From Gammaproteobacteria bacterium (GTDB taxonomy: Bacteria; Pseudomonadota; Gammaproteobacteria; VBWC01): a DNA stretch of 64,000 nucleotides. A program made the position numbers and the translations under genes. The notes below the pieces were generated by a model. The model searched no databases, was not told the DNA's origin, and saw only the letters and a list, made by a program, of their open reading frames with translations. Location: positions 6,266-70,265 of the forward strand of contig VBWC01000006.1 in NCBI GenBank assembly GCA_006218035.1, given 5' to 3'. Positions 1 through 11,188 of the stretch are shown here, piece by piece (the stretch's first letter is position 1; every line of letters starts with the position of its first letter).

Positions 1-3000
1 CGAGACGATGACGGTCTTGATGTCGAGATAGTTCAGCGTGTTCGCGACGCGATGGAACAGTACGCGGTTGTCGGTGGTGATCTTCTGGCCGCGCACTTCA
101 TCGCCGCTCGACGTTTGCGGATAGCCGCAGCATAGATAGCCGGGCGGCAGTACGGTCTGCACGCCGGTGTCGTAAAGCGTCGCGAGCGTCGCCATGCCGA
201 TCTGGCTGAATAATCTTTCCGAGCCGCAGCCGGGGAAATAGAACACCGCCTCGGACTCGACACTGGCCTTGGCCGGATCGCGCAGGATGTGCACGACCTT
301 GTCGTCCTCGACGCCGAGCATCGCGCGCATGGTTTGCAATGGCACCTTGGGCGGCAGCGGCCGTTTGACGAAATGCACGATCTGGGCCACGACGGGCGTC
401 TTGCCGGTGGTTGACGTCGGCCGCTTGCCGTCGCGCACCAGGCGCAGCTTTCTGGCGATGTTATACAGCGCACGCTGCCCGGCGAAGCCGCCCTCGATGA
501 GCGTTTTACGCATGAGCTTGATCGTCGTCGGATCGGTCGCATTCAGAAACGCCATCGACAAACGTGTGCCGATGTTGGCGCGCTTGTGGCCGCGGGCGCG
601 CAGGATGTTGCGCATGCGTACCGACACGTCGCCGAAGTCGATGTCGACCGGACACGGTGCCAGGCATTTGTGGCAGACCGTGCAATGGTCGGCGACGTCG
701 TTCATCTCGTCGAAATGGCGGATCGAAATGCCGCGCCGCGTCTGTTCCTCGTACAAAAACGCCTCGATGATCAGCCCGGTCGCGAGGATCTTGTTGCGCG
801 GCGAGTACAACAGGTTCGCGCGCGGGATATGGGTGTTGCAGACCGGTTTGCACTTGCCGCAGCGCAGGCAGTGGCGAATATCGTCGTTCAGCGCGCCGAG
901 CTCGCTGGCCTCCAGAATGATTGCCTCTTGCTGGACGAGGCGCAGCGACGGTGTATAGGCGCTTTCCAGAATACTGGCGTCGAGCAGCTTGCCGCGGTTG
1001 AAGTGCCCGTCGGGGTCGATGCGGTTCTTGTAAGTGGCGAAGGCCTCGACCGTACCCGGGGCCAGGTAACGAATCTTGGTGATGCCGATGCCATGCTCGC
1101 CGGAGATCACGCCGCCGAGCGCGGTGGCCAGCGCCATGACGCGGTCAACGATGCGCTCCGCCTCATGCATCATGGTGTAATCGTTGGAGTTGACCGGGAT
1201 ATTGGTATGCACGTTGCCATCGCCGGCGTGCATGTGCGTCGCGACGAACAATCGTCCGGAACGGATCCGGGCGTGAATGTCATCAAGGCGCTTGTGCACC
1301 GGCGCAAAATTGTGACCGCCGAAGGTTTCCTTCAGCGGCCGTTCGACCTCGGCGCGATAGGAGACGCGCAGGTCGCGGCGCAACAGTACGTGCAACAGCG
1401 TGTCGCCAGGCTGTATCGACCGCCGTGATTTCTCGTCGAGCAGCCGGTCGATGTCGGCCACCGGTGCGTCGAGCTGCGCCAGCAGCTGTTCCCAGCGATC
1501 CTGTACCTGTTCGAGATGTGTGCACGCCGCCGCGCGCTTGGCGGCGATAATCGCCGCGTCCTCGTCGCTCGCCTCGTATTCCGGCGTGCGGTGTATCTCG
1601 GCCAGATCGCCGGATAAATAGCGCTGTACTTCCTCAATCATGCGCAGCTTGTTGCGGGTCGACTGTTCGATGTTGATGCGCTCGATGCCTTCGGCGTAGT
1701 CGGCGAGCCGATCGAGCGGAATCACGACGTCTTCGTTGATCTTGAACGCGTTGGTGTGCGCCGCAATCGCCGCGGTGCGGCCACGGTCCTGCCAGAAGCG
1801 GCGCCGCGCTTCGGGGCTGGCCGCGATGAAGCCTTCCGCCTCGCGCAGATTCGCCTTGCGCACCACCGTCGATGCCGCGGTCGCTACGGCGTTTTCGCTG
1901 TCGCCGGCGATGTCGATCAGCAACACCATCTTCGGCAGTCCCGGCCGCGGTGCCTTGGTGCTGTACTTGATCGCGCGCAGATAACGGTCATCGAGATGTT
2001 CCAGCCCGGCGAGCAGCGCGTCGGGCAACGCATCGAGATAGTCCTTGATTTCAACGATCGCCGATACCGCCGGCCGCAGGTCGTTACCGAAGAATTCCAG
2101 ACAGACGGTACGCACCGCCGCCGACTGGCGATGCAGCACGAATACGCCGGAGGTGATCAGCCCGTCGCAGCCTTCCTTCTGAACGCCCGGCAGGCCGCCG
2201 AGAAATTTGTCCGTGACATCCTTGCCGAGGCCGGCCTTGCGCAGCGAGCGGCCCGGCATGGTCAGAATTTCGGGTTTGCCTTGCGGCGTTTTGCCATCGG
2301 CCTTGAAGCGGGTGATGCGGAATTCGACCGTTTCCTGTTCATGGATCTTGCCGAGATTGTGGTTGAGCCGTTCGACCTCGAGCCAGTCCGCCTGCGGCGT
2401 GACCATGCGCCACGACACCAGGTTATCGAGCGTCGTGCCCCACAGCACGGCTTTTTTGCCGCCGGCGTTCATCGCGATGTTGCCGCCAATCGTGCAGGCA
2501 TCCTGCGAGGTTGGATCGACCGCGAATACATAACCGTTGGCATCGGCCAGTTCCGAGACGCGCCTGGTGACGACGCCGGCCTCGGCGCGCACGGTCGCGA
2601 CCTCGCGATCGACGCCGTCGAGGCGGCGCATGACGATCGCGCCCAGTCCTTCGAGTTTTTCGGTATTGATGACCGCGGTGTCATCGTGCAGCGGCACGGC
2701 GCTGCCGGTATAGCCGGTACCGCCGCCACGCGGAATAATGGTCAGGCCGAGCTCGATACACGCCGCCACGACGCCGGCCATTTCCGTCTCGCTGTCGGGC
2801 GAGATGACGACATGGGGATAGGCGACGCGCCAGTCGGTCGCGTCGGTGACGTGCGACACGCGCGCCAGACCGCCGAAATCGATGTTGTCCGCGCGCGTCA
2901 CTTTCATCAGCCGTTTGCGCACCTTTTTGCGCAGCCGGCCCTGTTCCGGCAGCCATGCGGCGAACGTGTCGACGGCCGCGCGCGCGCTATCCGCCAACCG

Positions 3001-3315
3001 CAGCGCCGCGTCGTTGTTGTCGGCCCGGGCGAGAATCTGGTCCAGGCGATGGTGCAGCGCATGCGTCAGCGATCGCCAGCGCTTGGGATTCTCGATCAGA
3101 TCGTCCTGGATGAACGGGTTGCGCGTGATGACCCACATGTCGCCGAGCACCTCGAACAACATACGCGCCGATTGTCCGGTACGGCGGGTATCGCGCAGGC
3201 TGTCGAGCACGTCCCACATCTCGCGGCCGAGAAAGCGGATGACGATCTCGCGGTCCGAAAACGACGTGTAGTTATACGGGATCTCGCGGATGCGGGTCGG
3301 CGTGTCGGCGGTCAT
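1..3315 (-). CDS. Large FAD-linked oxidoreductase with Fe-S clusters (DUF3683/DUF3400 family, GlcD/GlpC-like); runs off the left edge
   Basis: Absent from the ORF track (no stop in window). Manual translation from ATG 3315 gives [30 protein letters not shown], later [43 protein letters not shown] and [11 protein letters not shown]; in frame at position 1. Confidence 0.9.
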   Translation of the reverse strand, partial: MTADTPTRIREIPYNYTSFSDREIVIRFLGREMWDVLDSLRDTRRTGQSARMLFEVLGDMWVITRNPFIQDDLIENPKRWRSLTHALHHRLDQILARADNNDAALRLADSARAAVDTFAAWLPEQGRLRKKVRKRLMKVTRADNIDFGGLARVSHVTDATDWRVAYPHVVISPDSETEMAGVVAACIELGLTIIPRGGGTGYTGSAVPLHDDTAVINTEKLEGLGAIVMRRLDGVDREVATVRAEAGVVTRRVSELADANGYVFAVDPTSQDACTIGGNIAMNAGGKKAVLWGTTLDNLVSWRMVTPQADWLEVERLNHNLGKIHEQETVEFRITRFKADGKTPQGKPEILTMPGRSLRKAGLGKDVTDKFLGGLPGVQKEGCDGLITSGVFVLHRQSAAVRTVCLEFFGNDLRPAVSAIVEIKDYLDALPDALLAGLEHLDDRYLRAIKYSTKAPRPGLPKMVLLIDIAGDSENAVATAASTVVRKANLREAEGFIAASPEARRRFWQDRGRTAAIAAHTNAFKINEDVVIPLDRLADYAEGIERINIEQSTRNKLRMIEEVQRYLSGDLAEIHRTPEYEASDEDAAIIAAKRAAACTHLEQVQDRWEQLLAQLDAPVADIDRLLDEKSRRSIQPGDTLLHVLLRRDLRVSYRAEVERPLKETFGGHNFAPVHKRLDDIHARIRSGRLFVATHMHAGDGNVHTNIPVNSNDYTMMHEAERIVDRVMALATALGGVISGEHGIGITKIRYLAPGTVEAFATYKNRIDPDGHFNRGKLLDASILESAYTPSLRLVQQEAIILEASELGALNDDIRHCLRCGKCKPVCNTHIPRANLLYSPRNKILATGLIIEAFLYEEQTRRGISIRHFDEMNDVADHCTVCHKCLAPCPVDIDFGDVSVRMRNILRARGHKRANIGTRLSMAFLNATDPTTIKLMRKTLIEGGFAGQRALYNIARKLRLVRDGKRPTSTTGKTPVVAQIVHFVKRPLPPKVPLQTMRAMLGVEDDKVVHILRDPAKASVESEAVFYFPGCGSERLFSQIGMATLATLYDTGVQTVLPPGYLCCGYPQTSSGDEVRGQKITTDNRVLFHRVANTLNYLDIKTVIVS

Positions 3316-3430
3316 GACGGTGCGGGTCGGGTAATCTGCGGCTGGTATATCAAGACGCGACAGTCTACCACCGGCCCCGCCTGACGTTAAGTTGCCGCTG
3401 ATCGATCAGGGCATTGCCCGGGGGCGAGAC

Positions 3431-3454
3431 AAAAAAAAGCGGCCGAAGCCGCTT
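3431..3454 (-). terminator. Intrinsic terminator with C(UUCG)G loop
   Basis: Minus strand AAGCGGC-TTCG-GCCGCTT followed by further Ts. Confidence 0.8.
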
Positions 3455-3512
3455 AGATACAGGATTGTCATTATAGTTATCCTTGCTGTGCGTGTGCACA
3501 ATTCGTCGATGG
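3431..3512 (-). ncRNA. Candidate small RNA or leader transcript
   Basis: TTGACG (3547-3542), 18 nt, TACAGT upstream; terminator downstream; no long same-strand ORF feeds the terminator. Confidence 0.35.
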
Positions 3513-3678
3513 GTTCGACTGTATATGACCGGATGCGACGCCGTCAAGCACGAAGGGGCATGCGTTGTTTGCGCTGTTTTGGTTGTGACGGATCATGCCA
3601 GGTACGACGATGACCGACATGGTCTAAAATGTCGGGACCGCGCCAGGCGGCGGCAATAACCAATCAAGGGGTCGGGCA

Positions 3679-4104
3679 ATGCTTTGGGTCAAGGCGTTTC
3701 ACATCATATTCATGGTGACGTGGTTTGCCGGCCTGTTCTATCTGCCGCGCCTGTTCGTCTACCACGCGATGGCCGATGACCGCGTCGGTGGTGAGCGCTT
3801 CAAGGTCATGGAACGCAAATTGTTCTACGGCATCATGACGCCGGGCGCGGTACTGACGATTGCGTCCGGGCTGTGGATGATGATGGACTACGCGTGGGCG
3901 GCGTATGCGCACGCGGGGTGGTTTCAGTTGAAGCTGGTGTTGGTGTTGGTGTTGATCGCCTACCACGTCTACTGCGGCCGGCTGGTAGCCGTTTTTCGCG
4001 ATGACAACAACCAGCGCGGACACATCTATTACCGCTGGTTCAATGAATTTCCGGTGCTGTTGCTGATCGCGATCGTCATACTGGTGGTAATTCGGCCGTT
4101 CTAG
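3679..4104 (+). CDS. hemJ: Protoporphyrinogen oxidase HemJ
   Basis: WVKAFHIIFMVTWFAGLFYLPRLFVYHA and RWFNEFP motifs. Confidence 0.95.
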   Translation: MLWVKAFHIIFMVTWFAGLFYLPRLFVYHAMADDRVGGERFKVMERKLFYGIMTPGAVLTIASGLWMMMDYAWAAYAHAGWFQLKLVLVLVLIAYHVYCGRLVAVFRDDNNQRGHIYYRWFNEFPVLLLIAIVILVVIRPF

Positions 4105-4211
4105 CCGGTAGGCGACCCGGTGAACCGCGCGCGTCCGGGCCGCTGGCGCCGTCATTTTCGTCGCCGGACCGGCCGGTTTCCGGCCCTTGACAATCCGTAT
4201 CAGGCATGAGC

Positions 4212-4421
4212 TTATGCACAAACTTCGGCTGATTTCCCGCCAGCGGTCCGGGGCGCACCAAATTTTTACGTTATTTCGTAAAACTTCGTAAGCTGTTGAA
4301 TTATGAAGTTGTTAATCGGCGTCTACTTTGTAGTCAAATTGTCAAAATTCCAAAGATTATCGAGACTAGGCGCGCTTCGACCCATATCATCCACAGAGTT
4401 ATCCACAGCTTTTGTGGATAA
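4212..4421. promoter_or_regulatory. DnaA-box cluster with AT-rich tract and IHF-like site
   Basis: TTATCCACA 4399-4407, TGTGGATAA 4413-4421, TCATCCACA 4387-4395, TTATGCACA 4212-4220; TAAGCTGTTGAAT 4289-4301 is one mismatch from the IHF consensus. Confidence 0.75.
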
Positions 4422-4520
4422 GGGCGATTCCATCGGTCCGACAACGAGTTAGCCAGTATTCATGCTGAGTGCATCAAGAGTTGAAGCCAACCCCGTGTCG
4501 GGCAAGCCGGAGTCAAACGC

Positions 4521-6755
4521 ATGACCGGAATTTCTCGGGTTTTACGCGTGGCGGTTCCGTCGCCGCTGTGCCGGCTGTTTGATTACCTGCCGCCGCCGGG
4601 TTGCGATATCGACAAACTTGTGCCTGGTATTCGTCTGCGTGTGCCGTTCGGACCGCGTCACACGATAGGCATGTTGATCGAAGTCGCGTCGGCAAGCCAG
4701 ATCGATCCGCAGCGCCTGAAGGCGGCGCTCGAGATGATCGATGACGAACCGCTCGTTGGCCGGGATCTGCAACAGCTGCTGCACTGGGCGATCACCTATT
4801 ACCATCACGCGCCCGGCGATGTGATGTTTACCGCACTGCCGGCGCTGCTGCGTCAGGGCCGCGCGCCCGATGTTGCGCAGCAGATGCTATGGCGCGCGAG
4901 CGGTGCCGGTACGACTGTGCGACCGGAGCAGCTGGCGCGCGCGCCGCGCCAGGCAGCACTGCTCGCGTTATTGCAGGGACATCCGGCGGGACTGACCGCC
5001 GCCGATTTGGCCGAGCAACTCGATTTTGACTGGCGTGCGGCGCTGCGCACGCTGACGGCCAGGGGCTGGATCGAACGACATGCGGTAGCTGCCACGAGCG
5101 ACGGCGCGGCGTCCGGTGGCGCCGCCGGGCTGACTGCGGAGCGCGGACCGGAGCTGAACGCCGCGCAACGCGTGGGCGCAGACCGGATCGTGGCGTCGCT
5201 CGGCGGCTACGCGGCGTTTTTGCTCGATGGCGTGACCGGCAGCGGCAAGACCGAGGTCTACCTGCAGGCGCTCGCGCGCGTTGTCGCTGCTGGAGGCCAG
5301 GCGCTGGTGCTGGTGCCGGAGATCGGCCTGACGCCGCAACTGGTCGCACGCTTCGAGCAGCGCCTCGGCATCACGATGGCGCTGTATCACTCCGGTTTGA
5401 CCGACCGCGAGCGCCTGCACACCTGGCTCGCGGCCCGCGCCGGCCAGGTGCCGGTGGTCATCGGCACGCGTTCGGCACTATTCGTGCCGCTCAAGCGTCC
5501 GGCGTTGCTGATTGTCGACGAGGAGCACGATCTGTCGTTCAAGCAGCAGGAGGGATTTCGCTATCACGCGCGCGATCTGGCGGTGGTGCGGGCGCGTAAC
5601 GCGGGTGTGCCGATCGTGCTGGGGTCGGCGACGCCGTCGCTGGAGAGTCTGTACAACGTCGCCCAGGAGCGCTATCAGCACCTCACGTTGAAGGCGCGCG
5701 CCGGTGTCGCCGAACAACCGCCGGTGCATCTCATCGACGTGCGCCGCCAGCCGCTGCACGAAGGGTTGTCCGATAGTTTGTTGCAGGCGATTGCGCGGCA
5801 TGTGGCACAGGGCAACCAGGTGCTGCTGTTTCTCAACCGCCGCGGCTACGCGCCGACGCTGTTGTGCCACGATTGCGGCTGGATGAGCAAATGCGAGCGT
5901 TGCGACGCGCACATGACGTTTCATCTGCGGCAGCAGCGGCTGCGGTGTCATCACTGCGGCGCCGAACGTGCGGCGGTCGAGCAGTGTCCCGGCTGCGGCG
6001 GCCAGGATCTGCTGCCGGTCGGCGAGGGGACGGAGCGCATCGAGCGAGTGTTACACGAACGCTTTGGGGACACCCAAATCGTCCGCATCGACCGCGACAC
6101 CACGCGCCGCAAGGGGGCAATGCAGGAGTTTCTGGACAGCGCCGCCGCCGGCGGCGGCCGTATTCTGATCGGTACGCAGATGCTGGCGAAGGGCCATCAT
6201 CTGCCCGGGGTGACGCTGGTTGGCATCGTCAACACCGATCAGGGGCTGTTCGGCGCCGATTTCCGCGCGCTCGAGCGCATGGCCCAGTTGATCGTGCAGG
6301 TGTCCGGTCGTGCCGGACGCGCCGACAAGCCCGGCGAGGTATTAATACAGACGCATCATCCCGATCATCCGTTGTTGCGCACACTGGTCCACCACGGTTA
6401 TGCGCACTTCGCGCGCGAGGCGCTGGCCGAGCGCGAGCAGGCCTGCCTGCCGCCGCACATGCATCTGGCGCTGCTGCGCGCCGAAGCGGTTGACCGCGAT
6501 CTGCCGCCGAAATTTCTCAGCGCGGCCAAGTCGCTGGCGCAGGATCTGGCCGTCGCCGGTGTTGAACTGCTGGGACCGGTGCCGGCGCCGATGGAGCGTC
6601 GCGGCGGCCGCTACCGGGCACAATTGCTGGTGCAGGCCGGGCGGCGCGCCGATCTGCACCGGTTGTTGACGCCATGGGTGCCGCAGCTCGAAACCGTGCG
6701 GCTTGCCCGAAAGGTGCGCTGGTCGCTCGACGTCGATCCGCAGGAAATGGTCTAG
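4521..6755 (+). CDS. priA: Primosomal protein N'
   Basis: GVTGSGKTEVY, DEEH, Cys-rich zinc region, C-terminal WSLDVDP. Confidence 0.98.
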   Translation: MTGISRVLRVAVPSPLCRLFDYLPPPGCDIDKLVPGIRLRVPFGPRHTIGMLIEVASASQIDPQRLKAALEMIDDEPLVGRDLQQLLHWAITYYHHAPGDVMFTALPALLRQGRAPDVAQQMLWRASGAGTTVRPEQLARAPRQAALLALLQGHPAGLTAADLAEQLDFDWRAALRTLTARGWIERHAVAATSDGAASGGAAGLTAERGPELNAAQRVGADRIVASLGGYAAFLLDGVTGSGKTEVYLQALARVVAAGGQALVLVPEIGLTPQLVARFEQRLGITMALYHSGLTDRERLHTWLAARAGQVPVVIGTRSALFVPLKRPALLIVDEEHDLSFKQQEGFRYHARDLAVVRARNAGVPIVLGSATPSLESLYNVAQERYQHLTLKARAGVAEQPPVHLIDVRRQPLHEGLSDSLLQAIARHVAQGNQVLLFLNRRGYAPTLLCHDCGWMSKCERCDAHMTFHLRQQRLRCHHCGAERAAVEQCPGCGGQDLLPVGEGTERIERVLHERFGDTQIVRIDRDTTRRKGAMQEFLDSAAAGGGRILIGTQMLAKGHHLPGVTLVGIVNTDQGLFGADFRALERMAQLIVQVSGRAGRADKPGEVLIQTHHPDHPLLRTLVHHGYAHFAREALAEREQACLPPHMHLALLRAEAVDRDLPPKFLSAAKSLAQDLAVAGVELLGPVPAPMERRGGRYRAQLLVQAGRRADLHRLLTPWVPQLETVRLARKVRWSLDVDPQEMV

Positions 6756-6985
6756 GGAAGGTCTGATTAATTCTCTTGACGTCATTCCGGCGAAAGCCGG
6801 AATCCAGCAACTTGCTGAATCCAAGGCACTGGATTCAGGGTCTCGACCATTGGTTCCCGACATGGTCCCGGTCCTTGCTCACGGCAGGACTCCACCTCGC
6901 CCGTCCGTGGACTCGTACCTCGTCCGTCCATGGCCTAGTGCGTGCGCAGCAATGACAACCCGGACATTCTGGCGGAGTTTCCTGT
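6753..6985. mobile_element. Degenerate MITE/REP-like element
   Basis: Left end TAGGGAAGGTCTGATTAATT; internal GTCATTCCGGCGAAAGCCGGAATCCAG...CTGGATTC...AATGAC; end similar to element at 45063-45271; right boundary approximate. Confidence 0.65.
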
Positions 6986-7075
6986 CAGGATACCGGCCGT
7001 GGTTGATTCTCACCGTGGTAAAGCGATAATAGTGCGCCTTTTCCCGACGCCATTCCGGCCATCAGCCGTGTACCC

Positions 7076-8845
7076 ATGAAACAACCGTTACAGGAACTTC
7101 TGACCGGCGCGTTCGAGCGTCTGCGCAGCCAGGGCAGCGTGCCACCGGATCTGGCGCTGGACATACACCTTGAGCGGACCCGAGACCGTCAGCACGGCGA
7201 TTTCGCGACCAATGTCGCGCTGACGCTGACCAAGCCGCTGAAACGCAAACCGCGCGAGATCGCCGACATGATCATCGCCGCGTTGCCCGCGTCCGGCTAC
7301 GTGACGAAGGTCGAAGTGGCCGGTCCCGGCTTTATCAACTTCTTTCTGAGTCCCGCCGCGTACCTTGAGCAGGTCAGACAGGTGTTCGCCGCCGGCGAGG
7401 CGTATGGGCACAGTGACATTGGTGCTGGCCGGCGCGTGCAGGTCGAGTTCGTCTCGGCCAATCCAACCGGGCCGTTGCACGTCGGTCATGGCCGCGGCGC
7501 GGCCTATGGCGCGGCGGTCGCCGACCTGCTGGCCGCCGCCGGGTTTCAGGTGCACCGCGAATATTACGTCAACGACGCCGGCCGCCAGATGGATATCCTC
7601 GCGACCAGTGTCTGGCTGCGGTATCTGGAGATGTGTGGTGAAAAGATCCGCTTTCCGTCGGCGGGTTACAAGAGCGAAAACTACATCTTCGACATCGCCG
7701 GCGCGCTTTACAAAGAGAGTGGCGATGCGTGGCGCCATACGGCCGCCGAGGTGACCGAGGATCTGCCGCCGGATGGCGCCGCAGACGACAGCGGCGACAA
7801 GGAGGCGCATATCGATGCGCTGATCATGCGCGCCAAGCATCTGCTTGGCGAAAAACCCTACCGTCAGGTATTCGACCGCGCGCTGGATTCCATACTGGCG
7901 GATATCCGCGCTGACCTCGAGGAGTTCGGCGTTGTCTACGAGACGTGGTTTTCCGAACGGTCGCTGGTGGAGACCGGCGCGGTCGAGCGCGCGATCCAGC
8001 GCTTGCGCGACAGCGGTCATCTTTATGAAAAAGACGCCGCGTGGTGGTTTCGATCCACCGACTTCGGCGACGAGAAGGACCGCGTCGTGGTCCGCGAGAA
8101 TGGCCAGAGTACGTATTTCGCATCGGATATTGCTTACCACATGGACAAGCTCGAGCGCGGCTTCGATCGCGTTATCGACGTTTGGGGCGCCGATCACCAT
8201 GGCTATGTACCGCGGGTCAAGGCGGCGCTCGCGGCGATTGGCGACGATCCCGGCCGGCTCGACGTGCTGCTGGTGCAGTTCGCGATCCTCTATCGCGGCG
8301 GCCAGCGCGTGCAGATGTCGACCCGCAGCGGGGAGTTCGTCACGCTGCGCGAGCTGCGTAACGAGGTCGGCAACGACGCGGCGCGTTTTTTCTATGTGAT
8401 GCGCAAGTGCGAGCAGCACATGGATTTCGATCTCGATCTCGCCAAGTCGCAGTCCAACGACAACCCGGTCTATTACGTGCAATACGCGCACGCCCGCATC
8501 TGCAGCGTGTTGCGCCAGATGCACGACAAGGGTTACACGCTCGATGAGTCGCTCGGTCTGGAACAGTTGACGCTGCTGCAAGAGGCGCATGAACAGGACC
8601 TGATGGTGGCGCTGGCGCGCTTTCCGGAGACAATCGAGGCAGCCGCGCTGGTCCACGAGCCGCACCAGATCGCCTATTATCTGCGCGAGCTGGCGACCGC
8701 GTTTCATACCTATTACAACGCGCACCAGTTTCTGGTGGATGACGCCCGGCTTCGCAACGCGCGTCTGTGCCTGATTGTCGCGACGCGTCAGGCGATACAG
8801 AACGGTCTGGCGTTACTCGGTGTCAGTGCGCCGGAGGCCATGTAG
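7076..8845 (+). CDS. argS: Arginine--tRNA ligase
   Basis: [39 protein letters not shown]. Confidence 0.98.
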   Translation: MKQPLQELLTGAFERLRSQGSVPPDLALDIHLERTRDRQHGDFATNVALTLTKPLKRKPREIADMIIAALPASGYVTKVEVAGPGFINFFLSPAAYLEQVRQVFAAGEAYGHSDIGAGRRVQVEFVSANPTGPLHVGHGRGAAYGAAVADLLAAAGFQVHREYYVNDAGRQMDILATSVWLRYLEMCGEKIRFPSAGYKSENYIFDIAGALYKESGDAWRHTAAEVTEDLPPDGAADDSGDKEAHIDALIMRAKHLLGEKPYRQVFDRALDSILADIRADLEEFGVVYETWFSERSLVETGAVERAIQRLRDSGHLYEKDAAWWFRSTDFGDEKDRVVVRENGQSTYFASDIAYHMDKLERGFDRVIDVWGADHHGYVPRVKAALAAIGDDPGRLDVLLVQFAILYRGGQRVQMSTRSGEFVTLRELRNEVGNDAARFFYVMRKCEQHMDFDLDLAKSQSNDNPVYYVQYAHARICSVLRQMHDKGYTLDESLGLEQLTLLQEAHEQDLMVALARFPETIEAAALVHEPHQIAYYLRELATAFHTYYNAHQFLVDDARLRNARLCLIVATRQAIQNGLALLGVSAPEAM

Positions 8846-8871
8846 TCGTGGCGCAGCCGCGCGGTAAACGC

Positions 8872-9456
8872 ATGGCCGGCAAGCGCTCATCGCGCAAGCG
8901 GCTGGCGACGCTGGGCACCTTCTGGGGCGGTCTCGCACTGGGTCTGGTGATGGCGACCGGCGTGTATGTCTATAGCTATATCAAAAGCTCGTCGCCAGGC
9001 GCCAAGGTCGAGGTTGCCGGACCGGCGCCGGTCGTGCCGGCCCGGCCGCCGGTAAGCACGGGCAAGATGCCGCCCGGGCCGGAGCCCGCGCGGCCGCAAT
9101 TCGATTTCTACACAATATTGCCGGAACTCGAAGTTGTGGTGCCGGAGCCACGGGCCGCCGGGACACCGGATCGCGCGGTGCCCGGCACGCCGCCGCGTCA
9201 GGCAGCCAAGGTTGATGCGCCAGGTATCTACGTGCTGCAGATCGGCTCCTACAAAAACAGCAAGGACGCCGATCGCATGAAGGCCGAGCTGGCCTTGATC
9301 GGCGTCGAGGCCAATATCGAGACTGTGTCCGTCAATCAAACGAAATGGCACCGTGTGCGTGTCGGGCCCTACAGCCAGCTCGCCAGACTAAACAACGCGC
9401 GTTCCGAACTGCTCGCCAATAATATTGAGTTCATGTTGCTCAAGGTCAAGGACTGA
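8872..9456 (+). CDS. SPOR-domain cell division protein (FtsN-like)
   Basis: N-terminal TM, FDFYTILP motif, C-terminal SPOR (YVLQIGSY...WHRVRVGPY); usual position after argS. Confidence 0.85.
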   Translation: MAGKRSSRKRLATLGTFWGGLALGLVMATGVYVYSYIKSSSPGAKVEVAGPAPVVPARPPVSTGKMPPGPEPARPQFDFYTILPELEVVVPEPRAAGTPDRAVPGTPPRQAAKVDAPGIYVLQIGSYKNSKDADRMKAELALIGVEANIETVSVNQTKWHRVRVGPYSQLARLNNARSELLANNIEFMLLKVKD

Positions 9457-9532
9457 TCGCCCCCGGGTCAGCGGTATAGGTGAGATACCTCCCCTGATCA
9501 GCCGCCAGGCGTGACGCGGTTGGTGTATTCCA

Positions 9533-9578
9533 TGTGACCTGGCGCACAGAAATTCGCGGTTTTGCGATATCGGTCACA
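9533..9578. promoter_or_regulatory. Two CRP/Vfr-like sites
   Basis: TGTGA-N6-GCACA (9533-9548) and TGCGA-N6-TCACA (9563-9578). Confidence 0.5.
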
Positions 9579-9715
9579 CTTTTACCCTGCCCCCGGGCCG
9601 ATCTTTTGGCCGTCGTCGTAGTAGAACTCGCCCGGACGCAGTTTCGGTTCGCCGCCCGCGTTACGCGATGCCAGGTGATCCGTAAAGAGGGCATGAAGTG
9701 GTCAGGAGCAGTGTG

Positions 9716-11188
9716 ATGTACGCGCCCGTCCGAAGTCCGGTTCTGTGGTTGTCCGCCATGTTGTGCATCTCTTCCATGGCCCACGCCGGGTCGCTTGAAC
9801 GAGTCGGTACCGGCAGTACCGTCATCGACGCCGATGGCGCCAGCCGCGGGTCGGTGATGAGCGCCGATGGGCGTTATGTCGTGTTTCATTCGGAGGCGAC
9901 GACACTCGATGCACGCGACCCCGACGTGACAGCGGACGTATACGTGCGCGACCGCCTCACCGGCACGACCATTTTGCTCAGCATCAACAACGACGGCGAC
10001 AAGGGTAATTTCGACAGTTTTTGGCCCGCGATCAGCGGCAACGGCCGCTTCGTCGTGTTTTCATCGTTCGCATCGAATCTGGTGCCGGGCGATACCAATA
10101 ATACGTCCGACGTGTTTCTGGCTGACCGTGATGCGGACAGCAACGGCGTATTTGACGAGGCCGGCGGCGTGCTGCTCCAGCGTGTCAGCCGTGCCGGCGA
10201 TGGTTCACAGGCCAACGCTTTCAGTGCCGAGGCGACCATCAGCGCCGACGGTCGTTACGTGGCGTTTGCATCGGATGCGGACAATCTGGCGCCGGACGAC
10301 ACGAACCTCGTTTCCGACATCTTCCTCTATGAGGTTGCCACCGGCGCGGTCGAACGCGCATCGGTCGGCGGTAACGGCGCCCAGGCAAACGACATGTCAT
10401 ATGAGCCGTTCCTCAGCTCGGACGGTCGATATGCCACCTTTCTTTCGAGCGCGGACAACATCGCACCGGGCGACAACAACGGGGTTTACTGGCGCGGTGC
10501 CGATATTTTCGTGCGCGATCGAATCGCACGTAGTACCGTGCTAATCAGCATCAGCACAAGCGGCGCGGGCGGCAACGGCCGCAGTGAACAGGGCGCCATG
10601 AGTTCCGATGGCCGTTACGTCGTGTTCGTGTCGCGTGCGGATAATCTGGCCCCTGACGACATCAACGGCGCAGCGGACATTTTTCTGCATGACCGTGACA
10701 CTGACGGAAATGGCGTCTTTGACGAAGCGGGCAGGTCGTCGACCGAGCTCATCAGCACGGCGTTTGATGGCCGTCGGGCGCTTGATGACAGCGAATGGCC
10801 GTCAATCAGCGATGACGGCCGATACGTCGCGTTTCAATCGCGCGCGACCAACCTCGCCACTGCATCCCAGGACGGATCGCCGGCGTGGCGCATATTCGTG
10901 CGTGATCGTGTCGCCCGATCGACGACGCTGGTCGGCACGGCCGGTGCCACCCGGACGGGTAATGACGACAGTATCTGGCCGTCGATCAATAGCAATGGCC
11001 GTTACGTCGCTTTTTCTGCTGACGCGGTCGAATCATCTGGCGATGGCGCCGATCGCATGACCGGTATTTTCATTCATGACCTTGTCGGTGGTAATGCGCC
11101 GCCGGTTACCGGCGGCGGGCTCCGGTCTGCGCCCGCCGCTGATCTCGCTGTTACGGCAGGTACCGACCCGGGCATCGACGAGATATAA
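9716..11188 (+). CDS. Secreted TolB/PD40-like beta-propeller repeat protein
   Basis: Signal peptide (..SSMAHA); repeated SxDGRYVxFxSxAxNL...DIFxxDR blades. Confidence 0.85.
   Translation: MYAPVRSPVLWLSAMLCISSMAHAGSLERVGTGSTVIDADGASRGSVMSADGRYVVFHSEATTLDARDPDVTADVYVRDRLTGTTILLSINNDGDKGNFDSFWPAISGNGRFVVFSSFASNLVPGDTNNTSDVFLADRDADSNGVFDEAGGVLLQRVSRAGDGSQANAFSAEATISADGRYVAFASDADNLAPDDTNLVSDIFLYEVATGAVERASVGGNGAQANDMSYEPFLSSDGRYATFLSSADNIAPGDNNGVYWRGADIFVRDRIARSTVLISISTSGAGGNGRSEQGAMSSDGRYVVFVSRADNLAPDDINGAADIFLHDRDTDGNGVFDEAGRSSTELISTAFDGRRALDDSEWPSISDDGRYVAFQSRATNLATASQDGSPAWRIFVRDRVARSTTLVGTAGATRTGNDDSIWPSINSNGRYVAFSADAVESSGDGADRMTGIFIHDLVGGNAPPVTGGGLRSAPAADLAVTAGTDPGIDEI

Noticed and set aside
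1756-3384. 542-aa plus-strand ORF and other long antisense ORFs (e.g. 7088-8725, 11803-12969, 36569-37963)
   Set aside because: Shadow frames opposite well-supported genes in high-GC DNA; no recognisable motifs
3519-3534. CTGTATAT as LexA box
   Set aside because: Second half-site (ACAG at N8 spacing) is missing
6781-6960. Palindromic repeats as CRISPR array or tRNA
   Set aside because: No regularly spaced direct repeats, no cas genes, no cloverleaf
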